Shown here in pieces: positions 1-12,750 of a DNA stretch of 64,000 bases. Within the stretch, counting starts at the first letter, position 1. Each line of letters starts with the position of its first letter. The position numbers were made by a program, and so were the translations under genes. The notes under the pieces are model-generated. The model saw nothing but the letters and a program-made list of their open reading frames with translations. It did no database searches and was not told the DNA's origin. This DNA is from Octopus vulgaris (taxonomy: Eukaryota), in the NCBI GenBank assembly GCA_951406725.2, contig OX597837.1, positions 11,904,001-11,968,000 on the forward strand. The letters run 5' to 3'.

Positions 1-56
1 GTCAGAAGTGTCAGGAGATTTCGACAAACCTCGTTTTCTTGAGGCCCGATGGGGAC
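1..56 (-). CDS. PHF20L1: PHF20-like coding exon J, partial (GPHRASRKRGLSKSPDTSD...)
   Basis: Acceptor tttctacag|GT at 57, phase 1, open to the window edge. Confidence 0.7.
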
Positions 57-325
57 CTGTAGAAATTAACAACATATATATTACGAGTAGTAAGGGAGAT
101 AGAGCGAAGATGGGGGGAAAAAGGGATAACAAAGAAGAGGAAGAATTATTTAGAGAAAGATAGACAGACCGACCCCAAAAGAGACAAAGAGATGGAGGTT
201 GGCGAGACGAGAGAGACAAATGTGAAAAAATTATAGATCAGCATTATTATCATTTTGCCTGGCATGCTAATGATTTGGCCAGTAAACCACCTTTCTATGA
301 ATAATAATAATAATAATAATAATAA

Positions 326-655
326 CCATGTGTTGAGAGGGATCTTTGGGGTTTGAATAATTCACCTCTGGAAACATGGGTGGTTCTTTCAACATCCTTA
401 AACAACCCTTATTCAGGGACCTTTTGAGCGGGATGGGTAACTCAACCTGAATAAAATTCTAACTGGGCCCCACCTGCAAGGTCATGTGCTGTTTATCTTG
501 ACATGAGATCACCATGTCGCGCACATATGGTTGTGATGCATGTGCCTAGTGTACCCTTATCAGACCGGTAGTCATGATGGGTATATTGGGCTTCGTATAT
601 TTTACCCCAGTGTCACTTTGATGGCATGAACTGCTCTCTCACTCAATAATAATAA
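326..655 (+). mobile_element. Probable non-LTR retrotransposon 3' UTR fragment with (TAA)n tail
   Basis: A block with higher GC content, bounded by (AAT)n runs; family not assignable. Confidence 0.35.
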
Positions 656-999
656 CCACTTTTTACTACAGGCACAAAACCTGGGGAGAGGCACAGTCAA
701 TTACCTCTACCCCCAGTACTCAAATGGTACTTAATGGACCCTGAAAGGATGAAAAGCAAAATCAGCGTCGGTGGAATCTGAACTCATCAGCATTATCATC
801 ATTTTAGCGACAAGAAAGAATATGGAGGGCTGCAAGAACCTTGTGAACTTTACAACAGACGCTTCCATGCAAGAATCAGCCTTGCTAATCATCAGAGGCA
901 TAGACATGGACAGAGGGGAAGAAATGGTCAAGAAGAAGCCAAATAAAGTATCAGACACATGATAAAACGCCACTGCGGAATAGGATTTTTTAAACATCA

Positions 1000-1345
1000 A
1001 GGATCCGCCAGAGTAAAGCAAGAATTCAAGCAGCAGCATCAGGGCTACCATCTCGAAACGTTTCGACTGAGATGGGTGGGCCACGTAGCAAGAAGGAAAG
1101 AAACCAGGCTGCCGTGTCAAATTTTATACGGTGAACTTTCCACTGAAAGAAGACTCTTTGGCCGTCCCCTCAGCCGATACAAGGACCAGCCAAAGCAAAG
1201 CCTGAAACAGACTAGAATTGATCCCAAAACCTGGGACTTTGAAGCTCATACGAGTAATATTTCCCAATGGCCAGATATGTTTTCACAGAAGATTGGAAAT
1301 GGACACAGCTTGTATAACAGGGACGTTCATTTACAACTATTCCAA
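1000..1345 (+). mobile_element. Degenerate RTE (BovB-like) ORF C-terminal remnant
   Basis: RLRWVGHVARRKETRLPCQILYGELSTERRLFGRPLSRYKD matches RTE C-terminal motifs. Confidence 0.75.
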
Positions 1346-2163
1346 GATGTCAAGGCAAGGAGATATGAACATGCACACACATACAATTGCGATGGGCTTC
1401 TTTCCTTTTTTTCAGTTTGTCTATCAAATCTCTCTCACACACACACAATGTGAACATGTCATCATTTTGAACCAATCCTATGACTGGCACCCGGCAGTTG
1501 CCAGGACCGCTGGACTGACTCCTGTGGCAAGTGAAGAAACACCATTTCGACCCTATGCTTGAGGAGATCCATTGAGTCCAGTACACCAACATCAAAATCA
1601 ATGGAAACTGCAGTTGTGATCCCTGTGCCGGTGGCACGTAAAAAGCACCATCCGATTCGTGGCCAATGCCAGTGCCACCTTGACTGGCTTCCGTGCCGGT
1701 AGCATGTAAAATGCACCAATCCGATCGTGGCCATTGCTAGCCTCGCCTGATACCTGTGCAGGTGTCACGTAAAAAGTACCCACTACACTCTCGGAGTGGT
1801 TGGCGTTGGGAAGGGCATCCAGCTGTAGAAACACTGCCAGATCAGACTGGAGCCTGGTGCAGCCTCCTGGCTTCCCAGATCCCCAGTCGAACCATCCAAC
1901 CCATGCCAGCACGGAGAACGGATGTTAAACGATGATGATGCTGGCATGGGTGGAATGGTTTGACAGGAGCTGCACCAGACTCCAGTCCCATTTGGCATGG
2001 TTTCTACGGCTGGATGCCCTTCCTAGTGCCAACCACTTTACAAAGTATACTGGGTGCCTTTTACGACGCACCAACACCAGTGCAGTGTGTATATTATGTG
2101 AGGGTGTATAAAGACAAAGAGAAAGAGTGAAAAAGCGTTGACAATCACCTCTGCGGAACCTAC

Positions 2164-2653
2164 CTGGACGAGCCCGTACTTTTCTCCCTAAGGCAGGCTT
2201 CGTTGAAGTAGGAGACACCACTGGACCTCCGAAGACATTCGTGGTTGACGTCAGCATATTGACATAGGCTGTGGATGGTGTGACGGCACTCGAGAGGGGT
2301 GCCATACCCGGTCGTGAGTTCGGAAGAAAGCCAATGGTGAGAGCCTTCTCCAATTCCTTCATCTCACTCATCGGACGCTCCGTTTTTACTTGGGTCGTCT
2401 CGCTGGCCACTTCTGTCTTCAGTTCTTTGACCAACTTCGCAGACTGGGCAACAGGAGTCTGCAAGGATTTTCGTTCACCAGATAACCTTTTATCGAGTTT
2501 CTTCTCTCCAAAAGACCGTTTGTCTTCGTGGACCTTCATCTCACGGAAAGCTGGTTTTTTATCAATGGTGGCCCTTTTTTCAGGAATGAGTTTCTTCTCC
2601 ATTTTCTTCTCGGAGGTCACCTTCTTCTCTGCAATTTTTTCATCTTTTTCAAT
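2164..2653 (-). CDS. PHF20L1: PHF20-like coding exon I (IEKDEKIAEKKVTSEKK...RKVRARP)
   Basis: Acceptor ttctgttag|ATT in phase 0. The donor is either CAG|gtaggt (exon end 2164) or GAG|gtgatt (exon end 2149); both are phase 1. Confidence 0.8.
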
Positions 2654-4277
2654 CTAACAGAAAAAAATATTTAACAAACGAAAAACATTCATTAGACCAT
2701 AAAACATCTATCAATCTCACCTGCTTAAAATTAAGAAAATATTTTTTTCTAAACTGGTTGTGTGCTCAAGAAGTTTGCTTCCCAACCACATAGTTTTGGG
2801 TTCAGGCCTACTGCATGATCCCTAGGGTAAGAGTCTTCAATTATAACCTTAGGTCAGAGCTGGTCAACCTGAGGCCCATGGGTCGCATGCAGCCAGCCTG
2901 ATACTTTCTTGAAATAGGTTTATTTAAACAAACATTTTGAAAATTTTATCAAAAATTAAAGATTGTAATGAAAAATAAAAAAGAATAAAGTGTCTTGCTC
3001 AAGAACAGAATGCGCTGCCAGAAATTGAACTCGCAATCAAGAGCCAAATACCCTTAGCACTGAGGCACACACACCTTTCCTACCAATTCCATACACACCA
3101 CGTACCCCAAATACACCATATGAATACATAAACATGTCTACCCTTAACGTAGTTCTCAGGGAGATTCAGCAGGGTACAGGGAGTGTAATAAGGCTGGCCG
3201 CTTCTGAATTACAGGTATAACTCCTTTTTTTGCCAGCCGAGTGGACTGGAGCAAGGTGAAATGAAGTGTCTTGCTCAAGGACATAATCTCCTGCCAAAAA
3301 TCGAACTCCCCACCTTATGATCATAGGCCAAATACATGAACCATTAAGCCACACACCTTTGCTATCAACCCCACACACACCACGTGCCCCTTTCCTCACT
3401 CTAGATTGTATGGGTCTGTATTTGGACTCACAGTAATTGTACTTCTCCCCAGGGGATATTTGTAAATTTGGGTTCATTATGTAAGATTAAAAGTGTAATT
3501 TGTTGGTGGACCTAGCATGACTGCACCCATGTAAGGGCCGATGTAATTATTAAATTTAATGGGGCCGTTGCCAGTATCGCCTGACTGGCCCTTTAGCATT
3601 TAAACCAGCCATATCTGGCCAAAATGTTCAATCCATTTTATACTCCAGCTGGCCAGATCTGGCCTCTCGCACCAATCCTACAATATCATTCTAAAAATAT
3701 TAACAGTTACCTGACTGGCTCCCGTGCCACCTGACTGGCTTCCGTGCTGGTGGCACATAAAAAGCATCATCCAAGCATGGCCTGACTAGCAGTCATGCCG
3801 GTGACATGTAAAAAGCACCCACTACAAGCACAGAGTGGTTGACGTTAGGAAGGGCATCCAACTGTAAAAACACTGCCAGATCAAGACTGGGGCCTGGTGC
3901 AGCCACCTGGTTCGCCAAACCTCAGGCAAAATCGTCCAACCCATGCCAGCATGGAAAGTGGACGTTAAACGATGATGAAACGCCTCGACTGGCTTCTGTG
4001 CCGGTGGCACATAAAAAGCACCATCCGAACATGGCCGATGCACCACCGATCGTGGCTGATGCCACCCCTGGCACCTGTGCAGGTGGCACGTAAAAAGCAC
4101 CCACTACACGCACGGAGTGGTTGGCGTTAGGAAGGGCATCCAGCTGTAGAAACAGTGCCAGATCAAGATTGGAGCCTGGTGCAGCCATCTGGTTCACTAG
4201 CCCTCAGTCAAATCGTCCAACCTGTGCTAGCATGGAAAACAGACGTTAAACGATGATGAATCGTAGTAACGACTAAC

Positions 4278-4567
4278 CTTGTCGCTGGGTTCGGATTTCA
4301 TTATGGAAGGTTTGGCCCTGGCCGTTAGTTTCTTTGCTGGACTCGGTGGAGACTTCCGGCTGGCGTCCCGTTTCGCAAGGAACGCACCGGCAACAATGAG
4401 CTTCTGGCGCCGCCTGTTGGGGAACAAGTTTGGTTTCTTCTCCTTCGGTTTCGGTGCTGCTGCGGCTGCTGAAGTTGCTGCTGCTGCTGCCACCACAGCT
4501 ATTGCTGCTGCTGTTGTTGCTGTCTCTTCTGCTGCTGCTATTAGTTCTTTCTTCTTCTCTTTATCTT
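4278..4567 (-). CDS. PHF20L1: PHF20-like coding exon H (EDKEKKK...poly-Ala...RRRQKLIVAGAFLAKR...EPSDK)
   Basis: Poly-T tract then GAAG|AAG acceptor, donor AAG|gttagt; 290 nt, phase 1 to 0; lies within ORF 4227..4718. Confidence 0.8.
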
Positions 4568-5939
4568 CTTCAATAAAAAAAAATACACATACATACATAT
4601 ACAGCTTATATACATACATACATATATATTTACAGACACACATACACATGTACACACACACACAACCATACATATATGGCATGTAAAAAGCATCATCCGA
4701 TCGTGGCCGTGAGACCATAACCCGTGGCCTCTACCTGGGACGTAGCCAGCCCACTTATGCATACCTTTCCTTCTTGGGACACAAAACTCTAATTGTGGCC
4801 GTTGCCAGCTTCACCTGGCCTCTGTGCCGGTGGTACGTAAAAAGCACCATCCGATCGTGGCCGTTGCCATCGTTGCCCCGACTGGCCTCCATGCTGATGG
4901 CATGTAAAAAGCACCATCCGATCGTGGCCGTTGCCAGCCTCACCTGGCCTCTGTGCTGATGGCATGTAAAAAGCACCATCCGATTGTGGCCGTTTGCCAG
5001 CCTCGTCTGGCACCTATGCCCGTGGCACGTACAAAGCACCCACTACACTCATGGAGTGGTTGGCGTTAGGAAGGGCATCCAGCTGTAGAAACATTGCCAG
5101 ATCAGACTGGGCCTGGTGCAGCCTCCTGGCTTCCCAGATCCCAGTTGAACCGTCCAACCCATGCCAGCATGGAAAGCGGATGCTAAACGATGATGATATA
5201 TATATATATATATATATTTGGCTGCAATGTCTTCAATGAATGCTGCAATACACAAGGTGCCATGCAGTGAGACTGAACTCAAAACCATGTGCTTGGTAAG
5301 CAAACATCTTACCACAAGGCCATGCCTGCTTTTCTTTTCTTAGATATTACTCGCCGACTTCACTAGTGTCAGTGCCCTGCTGGAAAAAGCAGCCAGTACA
5401 CCCTATGAAGTGAGTGGTGTCATCAAGGACATCCAACCAAGGCTACCACTGAAGATCAATGCAGTCCTGCAGATCATCGGATCCTGTTAAACCATCCAAT
5501 CCATGCCAGCCTGGAGAAAAGACATTAAGCAATGATGATGATGATGATTGATATATACAGGCACAGGTATGTGTGGTTAAGAAGCTTGTTTTGCAATAAA
5601 GTAGTTGCAGGTTCAATCCCATTGCACAGTACGTTAGGTATCTTCTACTATAGCTCTGGGCCAACCAGTACCTTGTGAGTAAATTTGATAGATGGAAACT
5701 GTATGGAAGCTCATTGTGTATGAGTGAGTGCGCATGCATCGTCGATAGACAACTGGTGTTGTTTTGTTTATGTCCCCATAACTTAGAGATTTAGCGAAAG
5801 AAAACAATAGAATAAGTCCCAGACTTTTAAAAAAAAAATTACTGGGTTGATTTATTCCACCCTAAAACCCTTCAAGGAAGTACTCCAGCATGGCGGCAGT
5901 TCAATGACTAAAACAAGGTACACACACACACACACATAC

Positions 5940-6059
5940 CAGTTGTATTCTCTTGTAATGTCACTGGTTTAATGAGCTCCTCGGCCAGTTCCTTAATTTT
6001 AGGTGGTTCACTGCTTTCAACAGGTTCCGTCTTGGGTTCCTCTTTTGGCGGAGTAGGTT
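5940..6059 (-). CDS. PHF20L1: PHF20-like coding exon G (EPTPPKEEPKTEP...LQENTT)
   Basis: Acceptor tttcacag|AA, donor CTG|gtatgt; 120 nt, phase 1 to 1. Confidence 0.82.
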
Positions 6060-6710
6060 CTGTGAAAGACAAGTGTTTGGGGATCAATTAGAAAGAAAAG
6101 TGAGAGTGAAGAATTTTGATAAGGAAACTGGTCCAAGCCATGCGATTAACAAAACCTGGCCGGTTTCAACATAAAACAGGTAAAATATTTTCGCCAGACA
6201 TGGCCTGTTTGAATGCCAAAGGGTTAGATATTATTGGAAACTGCATAAAAGACTTTAATATTTTGGGTACTGCAGAAGTATAAACACTTTATTGCACATA
6301 GATTATAAGAACATGCTAGCTGGCCACGTGCCATCAATAATGATGGCTAATTGTAGTATTTTATATATAAATAACGTAAAAAATAAGGTCCGTAATAATC
6401 ACATACAAACATTCACATACTTCCCTTGTACATGCACACACATACATCCACAGAGTTGAAACGCTGTTTGTTTTTTCCACCCCTTCCTTTCTCTCATTCC
6501 CTCTCAGTCAGAGCCATTACTCTCACTACTTTTCCTTCACTGAATCACCATTTTCTCTCCTCCTCCGCATCTGGCCTGATTCCGGACCAACAGATATAGA
6601 CATACAAATATATAAAATCACTATGATCATTGTTATTATATTAGGAGATTCTTATAAGGACCTCAGTTGAAAATCACTGCTCTAAAACAAGAGAGAACCT
6701 TTTATGTTAC

Positions 6711-6839
6711 CTTTCATTTTGTCAACAGGTTCTTCCACTTCTTTTGTTGTTGGGTCAACTGAAGTAGCTGCAGAGGATGGAGGAGCTGATACAGGTGATG
6801 CTGGTCTCTCTTTTATTACACAATCTGAGGACTTCAACT
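6711..6839 (-). CDS. PHF20L1: PHF20-like coding exon F (ELKSSDCVIKERPASP...VDKMK)
   Basis: Pyrimidine-rich acceptor ctttcag|AG, donor AAG|gtaaca; 129 nt, phase 1 to 1, no stop. Not in the ORF track. Confidence 0.82.
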
Positions 6840-8358
6840 CTGAAAGAGAGAAAGAAAGACAAATGAAATGAAAAATTTAATGTGGCCGTTGCCAGTATCG
6901 CATGACTGGCCCTTTAGCATTTAAACCAGCCATATCTGGCCAAAATGCTCAATCCATTTTATACTCCAACTGGCCAGATCTGGCCTCTCACACCAATCCT
7001 ACAATATCATTCTAAAAATATTAACTGTTGTCAGCTTTAACTCAATGGTGTTCCATCCATGACAATCCAATTTATTTTTCAAACATGGGTTCAGTCCCTC
7101 TGTGTGGCACCTCGAGTAAGCATCTTTTACAATAGCTCTGGATTGACTAAAACTTGTGAGTGGATTTGGTAGATGGAAACTGAAAGAAGCCCACCACCAT
7201 CATTATCATCATGCATGGCTAGCAGCATGTGGTAAGGAGTTTGTTTCCCAACCACACAGTTCCAGGTTCAGTCTCATTGCATGGCACCTTGGGCAAGTGT
7301 CTTCTACAATGGACTGGTGCTAACCAAAGCCTTGTGAGTGGATTTTATAGATGGAAACTGAAAGAAGCCCACTGTGTATGTGTGTCCCACTACCGCTTGA
7401 TTAACTGATGTTGGTTTGTTTATAACTCTGTAGCTTAAAAGCCTAGCAAAAGGGACATGATAGAATAAGTACCAGGCTTAAAAAATAGAGGTGGGGTCGA
7501 TTCGTTTGAGTAAAATCCTTCAAATTGGTGCCCCAGGAGGAAGAGAGTCTAATGACTGAAACAAGAAAGAAAAAAATAAAACTCTATACACATACACACA
7601 CATGGTGGTGTGTGGCTTTTGTCTGGAGATCATTGGATGATTGTAAATGAGCATCACCATCATATAAGTGAGGTTGTTCATTTTCAGTCTTCTGCAAAAA
7701 CATGTCGGGTCACGAAGCAATATTACTATTTTGAATTAATCATGCATTATATCGTGACTATTTTTTGAATGACATTGTAAGTAGGTGTGAGAAGCCAGAT
7801 ATGGCTGGATGGTGTGAATGGCCAGATAATGCAAGTGGAATACATGAGCTTGATATGGTGGGTTTAAATGCTAAAGGACTAAATAATGTTTGCATATGAA
7901 ATCACAGGGGTCAAATCAGAGCTCTCCTTGTCTAAGAGAGATATGTCTAAACAAAGACTAGGGATCTCTCATTCCCAGCACTTGGATGGCCGTTGACTCT
8001 ACTGGGTTCATTCACCCTTTGACAGGTTTTGCTTTATGCCTTGCAGGGTGGCCAAGGGGAATCACACAGGCTTGATAGGGTTACCGGTTTAGATGCAGGT
8101 GGCCCAAAATATGACAGAGATTGTACATGATGAAATGCTACATGTAAATGCACCACTCTCGGAGCAGTTGGAGTTAGGAAGGGCATCAAGCTGTAGAAAC
8201 TGCCAGATCAGATTGGAGTCTGGTGCAGCCATCTGGTTCGCCAGACCCCAGTCAAATCGTCCGACCCATGCTAGCATGGAAAGCGGACATTAAACGACGA
8301 TGATGATGATGATGAACACACAGTTATATAATATTCTTTGGTTTTTTGGTTCATTTAC

Positions 8359-8596
8359 CTGTGGAATCTTTATCTGGAATTATTTTGGTCTTCTTTGCCT
8401 GTTTGTTAGTCGAGGTCAATGAGTTTGAGATGATGTCGTCATCAGAGGTAGATGGCAGAGGGCTTGACTCTTTCTCCTCCTCACTAGGTATTTTGTCATT
8501 CTCACTCTTGCTTTTAGCTTCTGTTTGGTTGTCTTTGCCGCCAGTACTGGGCAATTCGGTAGCAGCCGGCACTGCAACAGGTATGGGGTCCATTCT
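8359..8596 (-). CDS. PHF20L1: PHF20-like coding exon E (RMDPIPVAVP...IPDKDST; disordered linker)
   Basis: Acceptor ttttccag|AGA, donor CAG|gtaaat; 238 nt, phase 0 to 1; open S/T/E/K-rich frame. Confidence 0.82.
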
Positions 8597-8659
8597 CTGG
8601 AAAAGGTAACAAAGAAAGAAAGAGGTGCTTAAAGGTGCAATCACATTAGTTTTAATTAA

Positions 8660-9132
8660 CCCTTTTGTTACTGTATTTATTTTGAGATGCTCTGTGTTTC
8701 TTTCAATTAATTTTAAATATAACAAAGAATTTAGTAAAATAACTTCGTTACCATTAAGCTAGTGTTAGGAACATAAATTGTGACTAAGATTTGGTGGAAG
8801 ATTTTAATTCAAAACTTATGAAAACAAGACATTTGTACTAGAGCCAGAGGCAGTTTCAGCCAGGTTGGTATTAGAAGGGTTAAGAATAGTTTCTCTATTA
8901 TATATTTTAACCCTTTTGTTACCATATTGTTGTTGAGATGCTCTGGGTTTCTTTCAATTAATTTTAAATATAACAAAGAATTTAGTAAAACAATTTAGTT
9001 ATCATTAAGCTAGTGTTAGGAACATAAATTGTGATTAAGGTTTGGTATAAGATTTTAATTCAAAACTTATGAAAACATGACGTTTGTACTACAGAGCCAG
9101 AGGCGGTTTCAGCCGGGTTGGTAACGAAAGGG
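8660..9132. mobile_element. Two tandem piggyBac-type MITEs (~220 bp each: 8660-8879 and 8911-9132)
   Basis: TTAA|CCCTTT(T/C)GTTAC ... GTAAC(A/G)AAAGGG|TTAA termini. Confidence 0.85.
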
Positions 9133-9361
9133 TTAAATATTGATTTCTAACACAGCCACAAGCCCTTAATGAAACCCAAAATGAAGGCAGACAACGGGAG
9201 AAATCAGAAATAATGGAACCAAGTACACTGATGCCCTAACAGCACAAAGTATCCTGCCCTCGTGCTCAAATGATTCTGAAAGTCCACTAATTTCGTATAA
9301 ATATTGGTTACAAATTTTGGCCCAAGGCTAGCAATTCCAGGGGAGGGACTAAGTTGATTAA

Positions 9362-9582
9362 CCCTTTAGGGTTCACATTATTCTGCCAAAACTAATTCTT
9401 TTTTATCCACATTGTTTTGAACTAATCATGCATTATCTTGTAGCTATGAGATTTTGATGAGGAAGCTGTTAATTCTAAAAACGATATTGTAGGGTAGGTG
9501 TGAGAGACCAGATCTGGCCAGTTTGACCATAAAACAAGCAGAATACTTTTGGCCGGATATGGCCAGTTTAAATGCTAAAAGG
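9362..9582. mobile_element. Second piggyBac-type MITE family (other copies ~16480-16940, 16955-17170, 32542-33107, fragments at 3588, 6910, 7730)
   Basis: TTAA|CCCTTTAG ... CTAAA(A/G)GG|TTAA termini; shared core ccagatctggcc. Confidence 0.7.
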
Positions 9583-10435
9583 TTAAACCAACCCCAATGC
9601 TCAAAAGGTACTTGTTTTATTGACCCTGAAAGTATGAAAAACAAAGGTGACCCCAGCAGAATTTTAACTCAGAACATAAAGATGGATGAAATGCTGCTAA
9701 GCATCCTGCCTAGGGTGCTAACGATTTTGTACAAAAGTTGGTATGAAATTCCAGCAATTTTGGGGGAGGGGGTAAGTTGATTACATCAAATGGTACTTAT
9801 TTTATCAACTCCTGAATGGGATGAATGGTAAACGTGACCTCAGCAGAATTTGAACTCAGAACGTAGAGACATGGGAGCTTGAGAAGCATGCCTCCCAATC
9901 GTGTGGTCCCGCGATTTATTCTCTCCGCATGACTCCCGAGACTGGTGTCATACTATAGCCCCAGGCCGACCAAATCCCCATACGTGGATTTAGTAGGCAG
10001 AAACTGAATAGAAAACCATCGTGTGTGTGTGTGTGTACTCTTCTATTTACATATGGTGGTTGTAAACGATTATCATTGTCATACAAACGGGGTTGTTTGT
10101 TAACCAGCCCGCCATGGAAAACATGCCAGGCCCATATTACCCTGCTAGGAAACAGGCGATGATTAGCGACAGGAAGGGCATCCGGCCGTCGAAAAAATCT
10201 GCCTCAACAAATTCCGTCTTACACATGCAAGAGAGGGAAAGTGGGCGTTAAAACGATGGCGAAAACGCAATACTCGGATGAGAATTCGAGTGAGGGAAAA
10301 TTCCCTAGCTTAGCTGGATTATGTCCGGCCTTTAAATGGTAACTGGAGATCGATGAGTGCAATCTATTTCTTCGCTGAGAATCTATAGACACTTCTGAAG
10401 ACGTCAATCGCTTCTCGGGCCTAAAATGTGTACAG

Positions 10436-10476
<41 letters not shown>

Positions 10477-10742
10477 ACAGAATTATTACGGTATGAAACG
10501 AATATAACACACGACATCAGAATAGGGAAATGATTAATAGGGGGTGGGGTTAAATATTTAGCGAGTTTTTAATTAGAAAAAAAATACAGAAAATAGAAAA
10601 AGTAACATCGCACAAGAAAGCAAATGAGTAAAAATCAAACAAAATCCACTAAAATTTTGGGGAAAAAATAGAGACGCATTCACAAAACACCGAATATAGA
10701 AGAGATAGATTACGAAACAGACATTATACACAGAAAAAAATA

Positions 10743-10775
<33 letters not shown>

Positions 10776-10981
10776 GTGTATATATATATATATTATACGG
10801 AAAGGGAGTTTGTGTGTGTTTTGTATGCCTGCACAGAGAATAACTATAAACAAGGATTCTTGTTGCTGTTTTAAGTATTTTTAACAAGAAAAAAGGAAGA
10901 ATCTAGATGAAGTAAAAAGTCGATTTTACGATTATAAAGGGTTGGACGACGATGTCGGGTTGAATGTTTGTACGCCTTATA

Positions 10982-11017
<36 letters not shown>

Positions 11018-11996
11018 CTTAGTTTGATTTGAAAACCCCACTAGAATGGTCTAAAGTGCTAATGATCGAAGTGATATGATATATATATATATATATATAA
11101 AATGTAATATATAAATAAATATCTGTAAATATAAACCATCAGATCTTCTGAGTACCTCATTTCTTCTAATATATACACACATATATATATACGCACACAC
11201 GCATATAAATATAAATAAATGTGTGTGTGATATATAGATAGGTGGATAGATGCGGGATATAAGTAATAATCGGGAGGAATATTATTTAAAAAAAGAGAAA
11301 ACAGGTTTGAGGTTTGAAAACTGCCAAACAAATAACAATTTCATAGACATTACATTTACATATAAAGTCACAGGACGAAATAAGGAAACAGGATTTGAGG
11401 GCGGTTATCAGGCATATTAAAGTCCAAGCCTTATATATATACACATACATGTATGTATGTACGTGTATGTGTGTGTATATATTTATATATTTTGCAGGAG
11501 AGTCGTAGAGGCATTGACGGATTCGCAAGAGGCGGGCAGTGTTTCGGCTTCCTTTTTGCAAAAAGGAAGCCGAGACTACTTGGCTTGTTTGCAACACTTT
11601 TTCGCTTCTATCCTGGTTTTTTCTTCCCTTTCTTTATCCTGTCGTGTTGCCAGCAGAGGCCATCGTTGACTCGAGGAAGCAGACAGACACAGAAATAGAA
11701 ATATAAATTAAAATAAGAGACGAGACGACGGCCGTCTTCGTGAAACGGTCTTCGTCGTTCGGGGGTTTCCTTGCTCGGCTTTGCTCGCCCCTTTACGGGA
11801 CTTCTTTCTACACGTTTCGGTCGGTTCGATTCGCTGTTACCTACCTAAGACAATGCTGCTACCAGTGGCAGACGGGGGCGGGCGGCCGACACGCAGACCA
11901 GCGGCAGGGTAGATCGCCAGCCACACACCAATCCAGCATGACGACGCCGAGAAAGACGGGAACCATTTAACTCCTCTTGACCAGACAAGGAGATCG

Positions 11997-12015
11997 CTAG
12001 CGCCACCTGACGGCA
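11997..12015 (-). promoter_or_regulatory. CTCF-like motif
   Basis: Minus strand reads gccgtcAGGTGGCGCtag, a close match to the CCASYAGRKGGCRS consensus, inside an intronic CpG-rich block. Confidence 0.5.
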
Positions 12016-12310
12016 GCAGTTGCTATGACACTTAAGCAAGAGCAGAAAACAGGGAGTTATCTTCACACAAACAGAGTTATTCCCCCTTCTAGCCTGCTTA
12101 TCAGTCACACGCATTATATATATATATATATATATATCCGTCAAACAGATTTTATATATATATATCCGTCATACATAGATTTTATATATATATACATTCA
12201 TAAATGAGGGTGAAAAATTAGATATTAATTTAATAATACCATCAGATTAACACTATATCATCATCATCATCGTTTAGCGTCCGTTTTCCATGCTAGCATG
12301 GGTTGGACGG

Positions 12311-12345
<35 letters not shown>

Positions 12346-12444
12346 ACATATATATGGGTCTGTGTGCAGCTTTCGGGCTCCCCAGACCCCAGTTGAATTT
12401 AATAATACCATGCTAGCATGGAAAGCGGACGTTAAATGATGATG

Positions 12445-12750
12445 ATATATATATATCCATCATATATACATTTAATATAGATATATATATCCGTCATACA
12501 TACATTTTATATATGTATATATATCCGTCATGCATACATTATATATATGTATATATATCCGTCATGCATACATTATATATATATATATCCGTCAAACATA
12601 CATTTTATATATATAAATATATGTCATACATAGATTTTATATATATATCTGTCACACATACATATATATATATCCATCATACATACATATATATCCATCA
12701 TACATACATATATATATATCCATCATACATACATTTTATATATATATAGG
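12445..12750. repeat. ~30-bp minisatellite (atatatatccgtcatacatacatttt)n
   Basis: About 10 degenerate tandem units, with two more at 12120-12195. Confidence 0.85.

Noticed and set aside
4678-5045. CRISPR-like regular repeats (also at 22220-22520)
   Set aside because: The whole ~62-bp unit is repeated with no unique spacers, there are no cas genes, and the unit belongs to an RTE 3' UTR.
8076-8083. Telomerase-template-like TAACCCTA in a unique intronic block
   Set aside because: An 8-mer is expected by chance, and I could not identify a pseudoknot or H/ACA domain.
2271-8609. Plus-strand ORFs 2271-2657, 4279-4686 and 8346-8609
   Set aside because: They are antisense shadows of the PHF20-like exons.
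10219-10443. Additional PHF20-like coding exon
   Set aside because: After exon D (phase 0) it reads AREAIDVFRSVYRFSAKK* and stops; the open frame needs phase 2. Kept only as a possible non-coding or alternative exon.
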